The notes: generated by a model not told the origin, from the sequence alone. Numbered from the stretch's first letter, positions 26,607 to 39,849 are shown. The stretch: DNA of 64,000 bases from Sarcophilus harrisii (GCA_048593225.1 CM109176.1:477499429-477563428), one strand, 5' to 3'. A program made the numbers and translations.

Positions 26607-26750
26607 GATATATAAAGACCAGTTCGAGAGTCAGGAAGATCTGAATTCAAATCTTGTCTGACATTTAACACTACCTGTCTGTGTGACCCTGGGCAAGTCA
26701 TTTAACTCCAACTGCCTTGCCAAAAAAAAAAAAAAAAGAAAATTGTACTT
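26606..26750 (+). mobile_element. Marsupial SINE, 5'-truncated, with poly-A tail
   Basis: …ctgaattcaaatcttgtctgacatttaacactacctgtctgtgtgaccctgggcaagtcatttaactccaactgccttgccaaaaaaaa. Confidence 0.85.
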
Positions 26751-27623
26751 CATAGACAAACAATTAAAAAAAAACAAACCAAACAAATCTTGATATAGTT
26801 CAAGTTAATTATGGGGGGAAAGAGATCAGGGTACAACTTAAACTAAAAAGTTGTTCACACAAGAGAATTAATATAATCATTCTATGTTTGGACTATAGAA
26901 ATGGTAACCTAACTAATCTCTCTGCCTGAAGGCTCTCCCTATTTCGTTTCCCATAACACTGAGGGCAGTTTTCTTCAATTAAAAAAAAAAATCCTTTTCT
27001 TTTATTATTTAATTTCTGTGTGGCTCAGAGAAAACCAATCAATTATTCACAAATTCTTCTAAATTTCTTCAAACTGTTTGTGATACAAATGAGAAGATTA
27101 TGTGTCCATAATGCAAAAAAGACAAGAATTTCAAATTGTTCAGTTGGTTGAAAAATAAAGACATTTCCATTTTCTAATAAAAATATTCTTATGGTTTAAA
27201 ATAAATGGGAATAGAATGGTTAATTTAAATGATCTCAAATACTCAAATAATCTCATTATATATATGTTATTTACACAAATATAATCATATATCAACATAT
27301 CAACAAATATATTTATATATCAACATATATCAACACTGATGTATCAATGGTGTAACTAAAATTCTTATTTTGTATTATTTTTAAACTTAAATTTTAAAAA
27401 ATCTATTTGAATAACAAAGATACTGAATTTTTCCTTGTTTGAAATGTTTTAAAGAAAAGATTGATTTTCCCATCAGACTTCCTATATATGTGATAATAAA
27501 ATCATTATAGAACTGAGATGAAAATAATTCTTAGGAACAAGTAAAGGGACTTTTTATTTAAGTATGAAAGACTTTAACATAAATTTAAAAATTTTGGATG
27601 AAATAAAGATAGACTATTATTAC

Positions 27624-27761
27624 CGGGAAAGAATTCCAACAATATTTCTCCCAGGTGTTCCATGTAATAAGGACTGAACATTGCCAAGCTTGCTCTGAAA
27701 TTCCACTGTTTCGTGAACTTTGCCAATTCGATATATGTTTAAGATGTCCACTAGATTCTTC
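27624..27761 (-). CDS. PARP4: PARP4 coding exon (PARP catalytic domain; contains the catalytic His)
   Basis: Translation (G)KNLVDILNIYRIGKVHETVEFQSKLGNVQSLLHGTPGRNIVGILS(R) aligns with human SPVDVLQIFRVGRVNETTEFLSKLGNVRPLLHGSPVQNIVGILCR. Acceptor aatttttgcag. Donor CG|gtaata. Phase 2/2. Confidence 0.9.
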
Positions 27762-27991
27762 CTGCAAAAATTATGAGAGGAACCTTCAGACTATATTAGT
27801 AACTCACAAAAAAGACTCAAAAAAGACTTGAAGGTCAACTCTACACAAAAGAGATTTTACAAAATAAAATAAAGTTAAGCAAATGACTACTTATGAACCT
27901 CTACAGGATGTGTTTATTTTTATTCTATTTAATATTGGTCCTTTGATCACACATAAATAACTATATTTATGGTAGATGAAGGTAGACGTAT

Positions 27992-28860
27992 TTGTTGAAA
28001 ATGGGCATCAAGCATTGTTGGTGGAGTTGTGAACGAATCCAACCATTCTGGAGAGCAATTTGGAACTATGCTCAAAAAGTTATCAAACTGTGCATACTCT
28101 TTGATCCAGCAGTGTTACTACTGGGCTTATATCCCAAAGAGATTATAAAGGGAAAGGGACCTGAATGTGCACGAATATTTGTGGCAGCCCTCTTTGTAAT
28201 GGCTAGAAACTGGAAACTGAATGGATGTCCATCAGTTGGAGAATGGCTGAATAAATTGTGGTATATGAATATTATGGAATATTATTGTTCTGTAAGAAAT
28301 GACCAACAGGATGATTTCAGAAAGGCCTGGAGAGACTTACATGAACTGATGCTGAGTGAAATGAGCAGGACCAGGAGATCATGATATACTTCAACAACAA
28401 TACTATATGATGACCAGTTCTGATGGACCTGGCCATCCTCAGCAACGAGATCAACCAAATCATCTCCAATGGAGCAGTAATGAACTGAACCAGCTACGCC
28501 CAGAGAAAGAACTCTGGGAGATGACTAAAAACCATTACATTGAATTCCCAATCCCTATATTTATGCACACCTGCATTTTTGATTTCCTTCACAAGCTAAT
28601 TGTACAATATTTCAGAGTATGATTCTTTTTGTGCAGCAAAATAACGGTTTGGTCATGTATACTTATTGCGTATCTAATTTATATTTTAATATATTTAACA
28701 TCTACTGGTCATCCTGCCATCTGGGGGAGGGGGTGGGGGGGTAAAAGGTGAAAAATTGGAACAAGAGGTTTGGCAATTGTTAATGCTGTAAAGTTACTCA
28801 TACATATAACCTGTAAATAAAAGGCTATTAAGTCTCAAAAAACAAACAAATAAATAAATA
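27992..28860 (+). mobile_element. L1 3' end (ORF2 C-terminus plus 3'UTR), plus orientation
   Basis: ORF 27992..28384 is L1 ORF2 tail (IQPFWRAIWNYAQKVIKLCILFDPAVLLLGLYPKEI...NWKLNGCPSVGEWLNKLWYMNIMEYYCSVRNDQQD). Ends ...cctgtaaataaaaggctatt. Confidence 0.85.
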
Positions 28861-30331
28861 AATTTCTATGTTAAAAAAAAAAAAGAAAATGGGCATCAAA
28901 ATGTGGTGTATGTTGTTAAAATTATGAGTACTGATTCTAGCTTTTCATGAATATTTTGTATCCATGGGACAATATTCCAAGAATAATTCCCTTGAAAATT
29001 CATTTGCTCTCTTCAAATCATTTAAAATTAAATAAATTCTTGCCGTTTGAAGGCCATTAGCACCATAAACTAGTGCTGCATTACCAGATAATGTACTTTA
29101 CTCCATGTACTATGTAACCCAGAAAACTCAGTCAACTCACATTATTCATAATTGTAAAATTCATTTTTTTATTGATTACTAGGGATGACTGCCAGACACT
29201 TCCTGGCTTTTGACCCTTCCTTGGGATGAATTTCAAACTTCTGATTGTGCTGCCCCTAGAAAGGTCATATTATTTCTGAAACTTTGTGGGAATTTCAAAG
29301 ACCCACATTGTTGCTATGGTAGCCTCCTATTAATCTTTAGAAACTCTGGTAAGGGACTTTAGTAAAGAGCAAATGAAAAAATGAAGCTTAATTACACATC
29401 AAATCTGTTTAGGCCAAAAATTATCTGTGTTCCTAAAGAGTATTCTGAAGAACCAACAAAAAGTGATAGAAAAAAAAACACCCTTTACTGCAATATTATA
29501 TAAAATACTTGGGCATTAATTGATTATGGCATTTAGGAGGATTGTATCGAGAAACTGGATAAATAGAAGCATATCCTTTGCCTGTAGTTAGGTAGATTAT
29601 ATATAGCCAAAAAGGTCAATACTTTTCCAGAATCTACATTGTGGTCTCATGAATTAGAAGTTTCTTGCAAAGATAACTGTAAATAGCATCATAGGATGGA
29701 CTTTAGAGATTTTCCCAAAGTGTTGTAAATAGTAAGGTAAGCAGCAAAGCCAACATTGGCATCAAGCTCCTCTGACTGCAAAATCCGGCCCTCTTTTCAT
29801 TGTACCACAATGCATCATAAAACTAGAAAATGACAGGAGATAGAACAAAATACATAGGATAGAGAGTCAGTTTCCAAGTGTGCTTTTGCCACGTTTACAA
29901 TTCTAGTTTTTTCATGTCACGCTAAAATGAAAAAACAAAATCCAAATCCAAATTGCAGTCCCATCCTTTTCTCTTTGTTTTTAATCCTGATTTTTTTTTT
30001 AAAGGAAACTGCCTGTGTAATAATTAATTAGAGATTAATGAGTTATAACACATAAGGCTCAAATGTTCTGATTTTTTAAAATCTCAGGGATGTGAATGTG
30101 ACAAAAAAGAAAATGGGAGGTGTATTAATAAGGCAGGAAACCAAACACAGAAGATCAAAGGAACTGCTGATATCAGAAAAGAAAGAAATCTAATAGCAAC
30201 ACCAGGCTAACAATCAGGATTTTATTGAAATTACCTGTTACCAATTCTGGTAGTATGTATGGTACTCTTCAGATGCATCTGACATACTATCATGTAATTA
30301 TGTAATGCAAAAAACTAACTCTTTTCCTCAC

Positions 30332-30492
30332 CCAGAATTTTTTTGTAATACTTCTTCTTTAACTTTGAAAAATTCTCTAGTATTCTCATCAACGTGCTCA
30401 ATTTTGCATCTTAGAGCTCGGTATTTGGCAAGAGAAGGTGGGTTAGATCTTGAGAGATTTGCTTCACTGACATTAATCACATCTCTTATGAG
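30332..30492 (-). CDS. PARP4: PARP4 coding exon
   Basis: Translation LIRDVINVSEANLSRSNPPSLAKYRALRCKIEHVDENTREFFKVKEEVLQKNS(G) aligns with human LIRDMVNVCETNLSKPNPPSLAKYRALRCKIEHVEQNTEEFLRVRKEVLQNHHS. Acceptor ctttctacag. Donor GG|gtgagg. 2 nt carried out. Confidence 0.9.
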
Positions 30493-31975
30493 CTGTAGAA
30501 AGAAATAGTTATAAAGTACTAAAATTACCACATAGTGAGGGCATATTATATAAATGCATATATATATATATATGCTTTTAATTTTTAATAATTAAGAAGA
30601 AAAATACACACAAATTTTGTAAAGAAAATTTGCTTGATTAATCTGTCTTTCTTGCTATTGGCATATTGAGACCCAGTCATATAGGATCCTAGGATCATTG
30701 ATTTAGAGGGGGAAGAGACCTCAGAGACCATTAATTTCAACCTCTTCATTTTCTAGATGACCAAATTGAAAATCAAGGAGGATAAATGACTTGATCCATG
30801 GTTAGACATTTCTCTCTTTAAAACTTTCTCTACCATGGTGTAGAAACCTCTCTACCCCTTCACTACTTTTCTCACTGGAAAAACCTTCCGTCTTGGTCAA
30901 TTTCTTATAGGACCTCTACTTTCACAGGTCAAATGGGCCTTCATTCTTCTCCAGGCTACAATTAACTCTATACAGGCCTACAGGACCTTCTCTACCAAAC
31001 TGCTGGGTCCTTCTTTCCCCTCCCATCCTTTTTCTATTATCTGCCACTTAGCATCATTTAGCTGTTCCTTTTGTTCTTTTATATCTTGACATACATTTAC
31101 AACTTATCTATTCTATTTTACAACCTTTTGAGGGCAGAGATCATTTCTTACTCATCTTTATATCTACTTGCATACTCTGTGCCTTTAAAGCACTGTGCTT
31201 TCCATAAATATTTGTTGAATCAGTTGAATGAATATTTGAGAATAAAATGAGGATGAAAGAGAAAATTTAATACTCAGTTTCCTGAGCTGAATGCTTTGTA
31301 GATATGAAGACTCAAGGCAACAAGCCAGTCCCATTAGATAATTACCATTTTTAGTAATAGTGTATATAACCAGTGACTTAAAAATCTTCAGAATTGGCCT
31401 CAAACACAATGATAGGCCATGTAGAGAAGCTTCTATTTTTATGATATTCACTGAATCATAAAAATCTTATATCTGGATATTAGTAATTATATAGTTTAAT
31501 TCTTTGTTTGATAAATGAGGAAGCTGAACCTGACAAAGATCATGTAATTAGCAACTTATTTCAAGGAAATTATTACAAGAGAGTTAAGGACAGGGCCGGG
31601 CCTGCAATTTTATTGGTAAGAATATTCTCATGTGAGGAAATTCCTTCTACCAATGTAGGTTGGCACTCTTTAGTTTTAAAGTCTTGCTTAGAATTTGGAG
31701 AGATTAAGTCATGTAGTCAGCATGTTTCACACTATAACCAAGTTCTTTTTGATTATAAGACAAACTCTCTATTACACCACACTGCCTCTCCATTCTTTTT
31801 AATATGGAGCCTTTACAGACATATTTGAACTAGTATATCAACATATTTATGAAGATTTAAAAAAATCTCACTTAAAGAACTTAAGAATCCATTCATCAAA
31901 AAAATTTTTAAGTCTTCATAGAAGTCTTTTATGTTTTTTAATATCTAAATTTAGCTATAAATTTCAAAGTAGTAC

Positions 31976-32146
31976 CTGGCAGAGATCTTCTTTCTTAGAT
32001 AATAGTCTTTTGTTAACTTCATCTTCTGAATTTCTGTGAGGTATAAGTCGGTAGAATTCTGACATCATCTTTCTCAACTCTTCTGTGGTTTCACCCTTGT
32101 TTAATGCTGCCTTAACTTGAAGTAGAATACCCTCAGCTTTGCTTAC
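31976..32146 (-). CDS. PARP4: PARP4 coding exon
   Basis: Translation VSKAEGILLQVKAALNKGETTEELRKMMSEFYRLIPHRNSEDEVNKRLLSKKEDLCQ aligns with human VSKAEGILLLVKAALKNGETAEQLQKMMTEFYRLIPHKGTMPKEVNLGLLAKKADLCQ. Acceptor ttaaag. Donor CAG|gtactt. Confidence 0.9.
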
Positions 32147-33402
32147 CTTTAATATAAAATATTATAAAAATGAAACCTTGATAAATAGAGCAAAAAACAA
32201 CCAAATCTTTGGTAGCCACATTGTAACTATTCTTTCTGAAGATGAAAGCAACAAATTGGACTCAGTTTAGAGAGAAGAATTATGATACCAATTTTTCACA
32301 AATATTATATTTTTAGGAGACTTACTTTTCAAACAAATTCAGAAAGATGTCAGAATCAAATGCTTAAGAACAATAATAGAACTATTACAGAGTAGAATAT
32401 GAAGGATCCTATTAAAAATGTGGCACATAAAGTTATTTACACAAACACAAGTACAAAAACAATTTCAATACATCAAGGATAGGTGAGTCATCAGAAGAGG
32501 GGTTGAGAGCTATACCTCACTCTAAGAAACCTTAACTTATTTATGTCACAGACCTCTGAAGCCTTCTCCTTCTCAGAAAAATGCTTTTAAATGAATAAAA
32601 TAAAACACATAAGAATTACAAAGTAAAGTAAGAATAATGAAATACAATTGCCAGAATATTTTTTAAAAAGTTAGCAGAATCTATATAAGGAACCCTTGCC
32701 TCAGATTATTTTATGTATGTAACCAAAGTAAATCATCTGGAGGTCCGTCCATAGGTATGAACCATTTTGGCTAAGTTCATACTTGGGTGACAGTCATAGA
32801 AATCCATTTCCAAATATGTACTCAAAATCTTTCCACCTAAAACCTCAGTACTTATGCTTTGCTGTTAGGACCTTTGAGAACTTAAGATATATCAAATTTA
32901 TTTTCAAAAAGCTAAGATATAATAATTATCACCAAGGGTTTTCTACTGGTAAGAAATAGTTAGAAATTACTAAATTAGCTTTATTGTACAAATCAGTCTC
33001 TTATGAATCTAAGCAGAATAAGTCAGTTTCTCCAAAGTATCCTTCCCACTAAATAAGCTGGCCAGTGAAATTTTATATCTATTAAATTAGCAGCCATAGA
33101 ATTGCTCAGAAATTTTTTTCTTTTCGTTTTCATGGTATATGGTGCTTACTAATACACTATGCTATGCTATTAAAATACATCTTTGTTTCCATTTTATTAA
33201 CTATCATGTTATTAAGAAATATTGTTCAACCAGGGAACCTCACCATGATTTTAACTTAATAACTATTTTTCTACACCACAGGCAGAATTTTACTTCAGTC
33301 AGCATATACTACAAATGGATCTAATTATTATGTTTTAAGTTGCCATTATGAAAACAAAATATTTTTAAAGTAGAACATATTTTCCCAAAATCACTGACTT
33401 AC

Positions 33403-33540
33403 ATCATTTAGGCTGATGCTATTTGCTGTCTTGAGAAGAATGTTTTCCAGGTGACCAAGAGCTTCTACCCAAATCAACTCCACTAAATTACTCACTTCTT
33501 CACTTATAGTATCTCCATTTAACACATCCTCCAACATCAA
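33403..33540 (-). CDS. PARP4: PARP4 coding exon
   Basis: Translation LMLEDVLNGDTISEEVSNLVELIWVEALGHLENILLKTANSISLND aligns with human LLLEEVMNSSTLSQEVSDLVEMIWAEALGHLEHMLLKPVNRISLND. Acceptor ttttggttctag. Donor GAT|gtaagt. Confidence 0.9.
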
Positions 33541-34146
33541 CTAGAACCAAAAAAAAAAAACAAAAAACCCTTCAAATTACAAAAGTGCACACGTTTAAAA
33601 CCAACTTGAGAATGAGAAGGGGATAAAAAAAAATCATAATTATGGCCTCGAGTAGGAGAACTAACATAGACATTTGTGGCATTCTACAGCTCCTCATCCT
33701 GATGCTTTTTTATTTTCTCATGCTTTCCTTCTTTCCTCATCTTTTTTCTAGTTCTTTCTTTTCCCTTCTATTTTCCTTAGATTTGTTGGCTTTAGGTCCT
33801 CCCTTTACACTTATGGGTATTTCTTACTCATATTAATGGTGTTTTGGTTAAAAAAGACATATACTTACATATCTTATAGAATTATTGAAACCAAGTAGAG
33901 TTTGCTATATATATATACATTACCAATAAGTTAAGGTTGTTGCAGATTATCCCCTTTGGCTATTATGACTTTTTTCATGATGCTAAGATAAATAAGTTCT
34001 TGTTTCTATAAGCTTTCCCCCTACCTTTAAAATTATTTTCTATTTTGTCAATTTTTCACTTAAATATCTTTTATCTTAAATATATTAAAATAAGTTATTT
34101 AAATAATTTGTGATCAGACCAAAAAAAAAAAATAAATCAATTTAAC

Positions 34147-34296
34147 TGCTTGTAACTTCTCAGATGCCAGTAGGTTTGCTTCAGGTGGAAAACTTTCTGA
34201 TGCCAGAAATCCTTGTTTCTTCAATTCTTCAACATAACTTTCATAGTATTCACTTGCATCTTCAGATGTGTTCTTTCTAGATAAATGTCTCCTAGT
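34147..34296 (-). CDS. PARP4: PARP4 coding exon (weak GT-TAAA donor)
   Basis: Translation TRRHLSRKNTSEDASEYYESYVEELKKQGFLASESFPPEANLLASEKLQA aligns with human TRRQFAIKKTSEDASEYFENYIEELKKQGFLLREHFTPEATQLASEQLQA. Acceptor ttcacag. The only donor compatible with frame and protein is GCA|gttaaa. 150 nt, phase 0/0. Confidence 0.75.
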
Positions 34297-34769
34297 CTGT
34301 GAATTATAGTATATATCAAAGTGTTAGAATAAAAGCTCTTTATTTACCTAGTAGTCACTTATTCAGGAATCTCAACTATCTGGAACACATCCAAAAATTG
34401 TCAGATAAACAAAAAATGTTTTTAAGCCCCCAAAATAGATTTCAAAGTCTACATATCAGAGCTCATGCCTATTTACATTTTTTAACATACAAGTCTAATA
34501 AATTCAGCTATATGGTTTCCCAATTCTGGGCAGATTAAAATAACAATTGCAAGAGAAGAAGGAAGGGAAAAAAGAACTTCCTCAAACAGGAATACCAATA
34601 AAGAGCAAGAAATGACAACTGACAGCAAATAAACGATAGAAAAACTATAAAAAAAATAAAAAGGAATTAAAGCAAAGTAACCTAGGATCTGTTGGTTTAG
34701 GATTTTGTAGGGGCAAACATCTTTATAGTTAATTTATAATTTAATAGTTCCAAATGTAGGACTAGCTAG

Positions 34770-34950
34770 GTGGCAGGGGGCAGCTAGGTGGTGCAGTGGA
34801 TAGAAAACCAGCCCTAAAGTCAAGAGGACCCGAGTTCAAATATGATCTCAGACACTTAACACTGCCTAACTGTGTGACCCTGAGCATGTCACGTAACCCC
34901 AATTGCCTCAGCAAAAAAAAAAAAAAAAAAAAAAGAAAAAGAAAAAAGTC
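34770..34950 (+). mobile_element. Marsupial tRNA-derived SINE with poly-A tail
   Basis: gggggcagctaggtggtgcagtggatagaaaaccagccctaaagtcaagaggacccgagttcaaata...aaccccaattgcctcagcaaaaaaaa. Confidence 0.9.
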
Positions 34951-36581
34951 CCAAATGTATCACTATATCATAACAGCATATTAGTTGACACTATATCATA
35001 ACAGCATATTAGTTGATATTCATAATAATGATCTTGAGAAAGTGTTAAATTATATTTTAAGTACATTGCTTATTAAGCCAGACAAATACTTAATGTATTT
35101 CATAAGGAAATCCATTAAATATCCAAAATTAAAAATTTCCAGTTCTTAAGGGGGCAAGTTTCAGGTGTCTAGAAAATTTACTTAAGCGGAATATCTCATT
35201 CTGTAATAATGTTAATTATATAGGACACATCTTTATTGCCACAAAATTGATTTATGATGATTCTAGTTCAATCCGACAAGTACGCAGCTACAGATTGAGA
35301 AAGGGGAAATAAACCAATGAGAAGAAAATAAAAAGCTTCAGAAGATGACAGCAAAGTCCTTGGGTTCTTGGCCATCACATTTTCTTGCTTACATAAAAAA
35401 ATTCCCCATTGCCCCAGTGGCAGAGTACAGTAATGATTTCTCCTTTCCCCTTTTCTGGAAGTCCCAATAGACGGAGCACTGGAAGAGTCATAAAACATAC
35501 AAATGAGGCTGGTTCTTCCCGACAATTTTTTTAGCCCACTAAGTGAGTGGAATCTCTTGACTCTGTAGCAAATCATCTTCAATATATCTCATGTTACTAG
35601 TGAGTAATCAGGAGCTTGTGTATCATCTCAATAAGGAACAGCATGGGGTGAGAGCATATGTCCCATAAAAGAGACCAGTGCTCATGCCTAGCTCCATAGA
35701 GGATACCCTCAGGAGGCTCCTCAATCACTACAAGACTGTAATTTACATTAGAACATTGCAGAGCCTCTTAAATGAAAACAATAATCATTCTAAAGACCCA
35801 AGTCTAATTATCTAGAACAGAAAAATCTAGTGGATGCAGGATGATCATTGTTGAGACTAATATAAAGTTGCACATGTGACAATTAGAGCTGTCAGTACTT
35901 AGTCAGTACATATATCTCAGAAAGCTACTGAGATGGATAATAAATAAATGCCCACCAAGAGGTGAAAAGAAAGTTGCATTTGAGGAATTATATAACACTT
36001 TCAACAAATCCAAATTTCTATCTGAAACAAACAAAAAGTACTATTTTCATGCAAGTTTCTTCTAGTGATATTTTATAGCTCCAGATTATCATGTTCAGAG
36101 AAGGTGTTTTCTTACATTGTCAGGGGAGTTATCTCTGGTGATGAAATCATAGGCCCATCCCTTATTCTAATCCTAACCATTATAAACAAGCCTGCAAATA
36201 ATTTGCAATATTCAAAATACTGCTATCTTCTCTAAGTAATTTTCTACTGTTCCACAATCCTCCCATCTAATAAGTTATGGTTATCATTGATGATAACCTC
36301 ATACTATCTTTCCTAATTGTTCAGGGGCAGTCAAAGATTGCACTACTGTATATGAAATGAGTAGGGACAGAGACAGGAAATTCCCCCACAATTTTTGAAT
36401 GTGTGGTAAATTCTAACAAAAATAAAGAATCTGAATTCCATAATAATTGTATTATACAATTCTTTTGTATCAAACTGTTGATTAGTAAAGCTCTAAGAAG
36501 CTAATAGGGTGATTTGTTGACAAAACATGTCTAGGATATGGACTCTAGCAAATGATGAGCACCTATAAAGTAGACAAATAC

Positions 36582-36695
36582 CTTAATACCACCTTCCAGC
36601 AAAAGATTGGAAGATACAAGAAAAGAAAATTCAGGATGCTCCTGGAAGCACTGCAATTCCACCACCACCACTTCTTTCTCTCCCTCTGATTTAAT
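36582..36695 (-). CDS. PARP4: PARP4 coding exon
   Basis: Translation IKSEGEKEVVVVELQCFQEHPEFSFLVSSNLLLEGGIK aligns with human VGMEGGQEAVVVELQCSRDSRDCPFLISSHFLLDDGME. Acceptor ccttttccag. Donor AAG|gtattt. 114 nt, phase 0/0. Confidence 0.85.
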
Positions 36696-37453
36696 CTGGA
36701 AAAGGCACAGTATGGTATTTTAAATCATGTCACATTTTATGTTTTTATATATGTATAAGCATATACATATATATACACACATAGACACAAAATGCATATA
36801 TACATACATATGAAGAGGTTTACTTTCTTGTTTTTTAAAGAATGTTATTGGATTTACAATATCTGAGGTTTGTAAATTTCTGTGAAACAATTTTCAGATG
36901 CAAATAAGATTAAACAGAAGGGAGGTCTAGCAACTCCAAGGAATGAGTACTGGTGCTGACCTGGAATAATCCCCTCCTCCCCCTTGTTCTTAAGAACTGT
37001 TTTTGAAATATATTAGTAGTGAGCCATGGGGAAAGTCAATGAACCTTTCCATGTTTCAGCTTTCCCAGATTAGAGTTACAGAGAAAGTTCCAATGGGCAT
37101 CGATAAAGGAAGTTCCTACCTGGGAGTTCCCTTCACTGATAAAATCACAATTCTAGTTTAATTAAAACAACAACAACAACAAACCCAACCATGAGGTGGT
37201 ATCAAGCTCCCAGTAGGGGCCTGAGCCTTCCATAAAGCAGCAGTGTTTTGATGTCTGTTTTTCTTCGTTTGAGGAATCCTGGATTTTGAAAAAACAAAAC
37301 TGTTTTCCTAAATGCAAATGTGGTCAAAATTTTATATGGCTTTATAAAATCTATCCTTTGAGCTGAGGATATTGAAGCTTTCAAAATGAGTTGGAAAATT
37401 ATTAAACAAAATATATTAAAACAATTATACATATTGGAAATTAAAGTTCTCAC

Positions 37454-37529
37454 TTTTTCTAGGATGCTGTACTTTGCAACTTCAAAATCTTGAGGAATAT
37501 ATGTGATGTCGTCATCTTCTGTACAAAAT
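37454..37529 (-). CDS. PARP4: PARP4 coding exon
   Basis: Translation FCTEDDDITYIPQDFEVAKYSILEK aligns with human IPHLPQDFEVAKYNTLEK. Acceptor tatatttcag. Donor AAA|gtgaga. Phase 2 in, 0 out. Confidence 0.85.
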
Positions 37530-39149
37530 CTGAAATATAAACAATAATTTCTTAAATATTAAAGTGTGTTTTTGAGCAGAAGTTTGCATTGGTATAAAAA
37601 TTTTTATGGCAGAATCCTTTTTCTGATATTTTTACTAACTTATAAATACACCGATCCATATCCCATTGAAGTGTAAAGAATCTTTAGAAATGAACCAGAC
37701 TAACCCCTAAGTGACATGTCTCTATTGTCCATTTATGCTTTATCACAACGGTTGAGACTGCCAAGTAATCCACATTTCTACCCTATATATATTAAAACAT
37801 CATGAATATGTATATTAGACAGAAGTAAGGGGGCAGAGATAAATTTTTCCCTAGAGAAGTTTATGTAAAAAAATGTCATACAATGTAAAGAAGAATGAGA
37901 ATTTGTAGAAACAGCCTGGTTTTAGTGACCCTGGACAGGTCACTTAAACTTCTCACTGCTCTAGGCAATTGTAAGACTCTAAATTATAGAGAAAGTGCTG
38001 TCTTGCTTTAGTAGACAGAATTTTCTCTCTCAGGAGGTTCCTGAAGCAATGAAATCATAGGTTTTATATCTATCTCTTCATTATAATCCTCTTTTCAATC
38101 TTTTTCCTCCTCTTATGGTTCAAAATAAATATAAGACTAAAATAAACAATTTTGATATATAAGTTATGTAAAAAGTTTAAAATAGGATTTGAGAAAACAC
38201 TGCACCTTAATTCTCACAAAATCCTTTGACAGGAGGATGACAATATTTACTTTAGTGGAATCTAAAGAGAGAGAATAAATAAATGCCTTGATCGAGGTAA
38301 TTTAGTCGTGGCAGAGAGACTGGTAGAGCTAGGATTAGAATCTAGATCTAGTGAATGCTATTTCAGTACTCTTTCCACCTACCTCCTGTAATGCTGGGAA
38401 ATAAATCAATAGTTCTTCAAGTAAAATACATTAAATAACAGAGAGCCAAATGAACACTGCATGTAGAACAAAATCTCTCAAAAGACTGATAACAGGATTT
38501 GGCACTGGCCCAAATTACTTAAAAAGGAGACGCTTACCTGAGAGATGCCAGGGTTTTGTTTCTGTGAGACAGAAGACCTGGTTCACGCATGGACCTTCTG
38601 CACTGGCTTACCACAGGAGTGGGAATAGCCTGTTTGCAATGGCTAGTAGTTGAACCTGTTTGGTAGCCAGAACTGTTTGTTTTTAACACTACCTGAGAGT
38701 ATCTCTCTTTCCAATGGTATCCAAGAGTAAATGATTCATTCACTCAGAGCACAGCCACCATGAAACAAGCTGAGGGCAGATTTGAAAACCACCTTTCTCT
38801 CTTTTTAAACCCTGCGGCCCCAACAGGCGGAACATTTTTAGTTGTTATTTGTTCTTTTCAGTTCTAAGTACAGAAAGTGGAGTCTTTAACTTAGTAGCCC
38901 AAGTCATGGGGACATGGTACCCTAGGCCCATCAAGGAGGAGCTGAGAGAAGAGGGTTCTGGACACAGGCTCGGGGGTGACTTGAGATTTGTATGGAACCG
39001 CGATTTTAGGTAGCTTGGGCATGTACCAAACTCTTGTTACAGACTGGAACAGTCTGCTATTGGATGGATGTTTAGTGAAGTAAGTAAAAGTTGCTGAAAA
39101 TTTTTTAAACTCTAGAGAAAGTCATGATGATTACAAATCAATTTATTGG

Positions 39150-39285
39150 AGCAGCTAGGTGGCGCAATGGATAGAGCATTAGCCCTAAAGTCAGGAGGAC
39201 TTTCAAATATGTTCAAATATAACCTCAGACACTTAATACTTCCTGGCTATTTGACCCTGGGGAAACACTTAACCCCAATTGTTTT

Positions 39286-39321
<36 letters not shown>

Positions 39322-39330
39322 GAAATGAGA
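39150..39330 (+). mobile_element. Marsupial tRNA-derived SINE with poly-A tail, lying in the PARP4 intron between exons 3 and 4
   Basis: ggagcagctaggtggcgcaatggatagagcattagccctaaagtcaggagg...aaccccaattgttttagcaaaaaaaa. Confidence 0.9.
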
Positions 39331-39336
39331 GTTTAC

Positions 39337-39400
39337 TTATTCTGCTCCATAATCTCTTCATTCTTCTCTGCAGTACTATGCAAGTCATCCTTGTCCACTC
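39337..39400 (-). CDS. PARP4: PARP4 coding exon (divergent BRCT-to-linker region)
   Basis: Translation (R)VDKDDLHSTAEKNEEIMEQN(K) gives only a weak match to human ...DSATEEEDTVELTEFGMQNVE. Reading-frame phase fits both neighbouring exons (1 nt in, 2 nt out). Acceptor tcttctcttccag. Donor AA|gtaaac. Confidence 0.65.
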
Positions 39401-39647
39401 CTGGAAGAGAAGATATGTATTTATTATTCAACATAATTTAATTGTGAATAGCTTGATAAGAATATCTATAGACAAATAAATAAGGGCCCATAAAATTTGG
39501 ATCATCAAGACATAGGAGGCCTATAAGAATATATTTTATAATTCTATTTAAACAGTATACAGGCATAAATGTACCTACATTTTCTCTGTAGTACCTGAAG
39601 CATATTTTCTGATTTCTATGAAAATGGGTATTCATAACGACACTTAC

Positions 39648-39849
39648 TGGAACTGCTTGATCTTTCAAAAGGAAGTAGAGTGAGTCCTGATGATTCATTG
39701 CATTTGTAATTCTCAATACTTAAGAGTTCTCCTTGTTTGAGGCAGTCCCATAAAAAATCTATGTTTGCGATGGAGATGTGATACTCCTGGACAGCACTTA
39801 GCTCATCAGAACTCAGAGTAGCATCATTGTCTAAAATTATATGTGTACA
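39648..39849 (-). CDS. PARP4: PARP4 coding exon (BRCT domain)
   Basis: Translation CTHIILDNDATLSSDELSAVQEYHISIANIDFLWDCLKQGELLSIENYKCNESSGLTLLPFERSSSS aligns with human CTHIILDNADVLSQYQLNSIQKNHVHIANPDFIWKSIREKRLLDVKNYDPY. Acceptor is a T27 run followed by ag. Donor CCA|gtaagt. Phase 0 in, 1 nt carried out. Confidence 0.85.

Noticed and set aside
27992-28384. ORFs of 130-150 aa at 27992..28384, 52337..52789, 52805..53197 and 12049..12363 as possible cellular genes
   Set aside because: All of them translate to the L1 ORF2 C-terminal consensus (…NWKLNGCPSVGEWLNKLWYMNIMEYYCSVRNDQQD…, …REMQIKTTLKYHYTPVRLA…). They are fragments of retrotransposon ORFs.
35270-35590. A 104-aa minus-strand ORF with an ATGGGGAATTTTTTTAT|gtaagc segment that could be read as a PARP4 first exon
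   Set aside because: None of the three minus-strand frames aligns to PARP4. The real exons encoding residues about 1 to 290 were found at 44.6, 39.8, 39.4, 37.5, 36.6 and 34.2 kb, which leaves no room for a start codon here.
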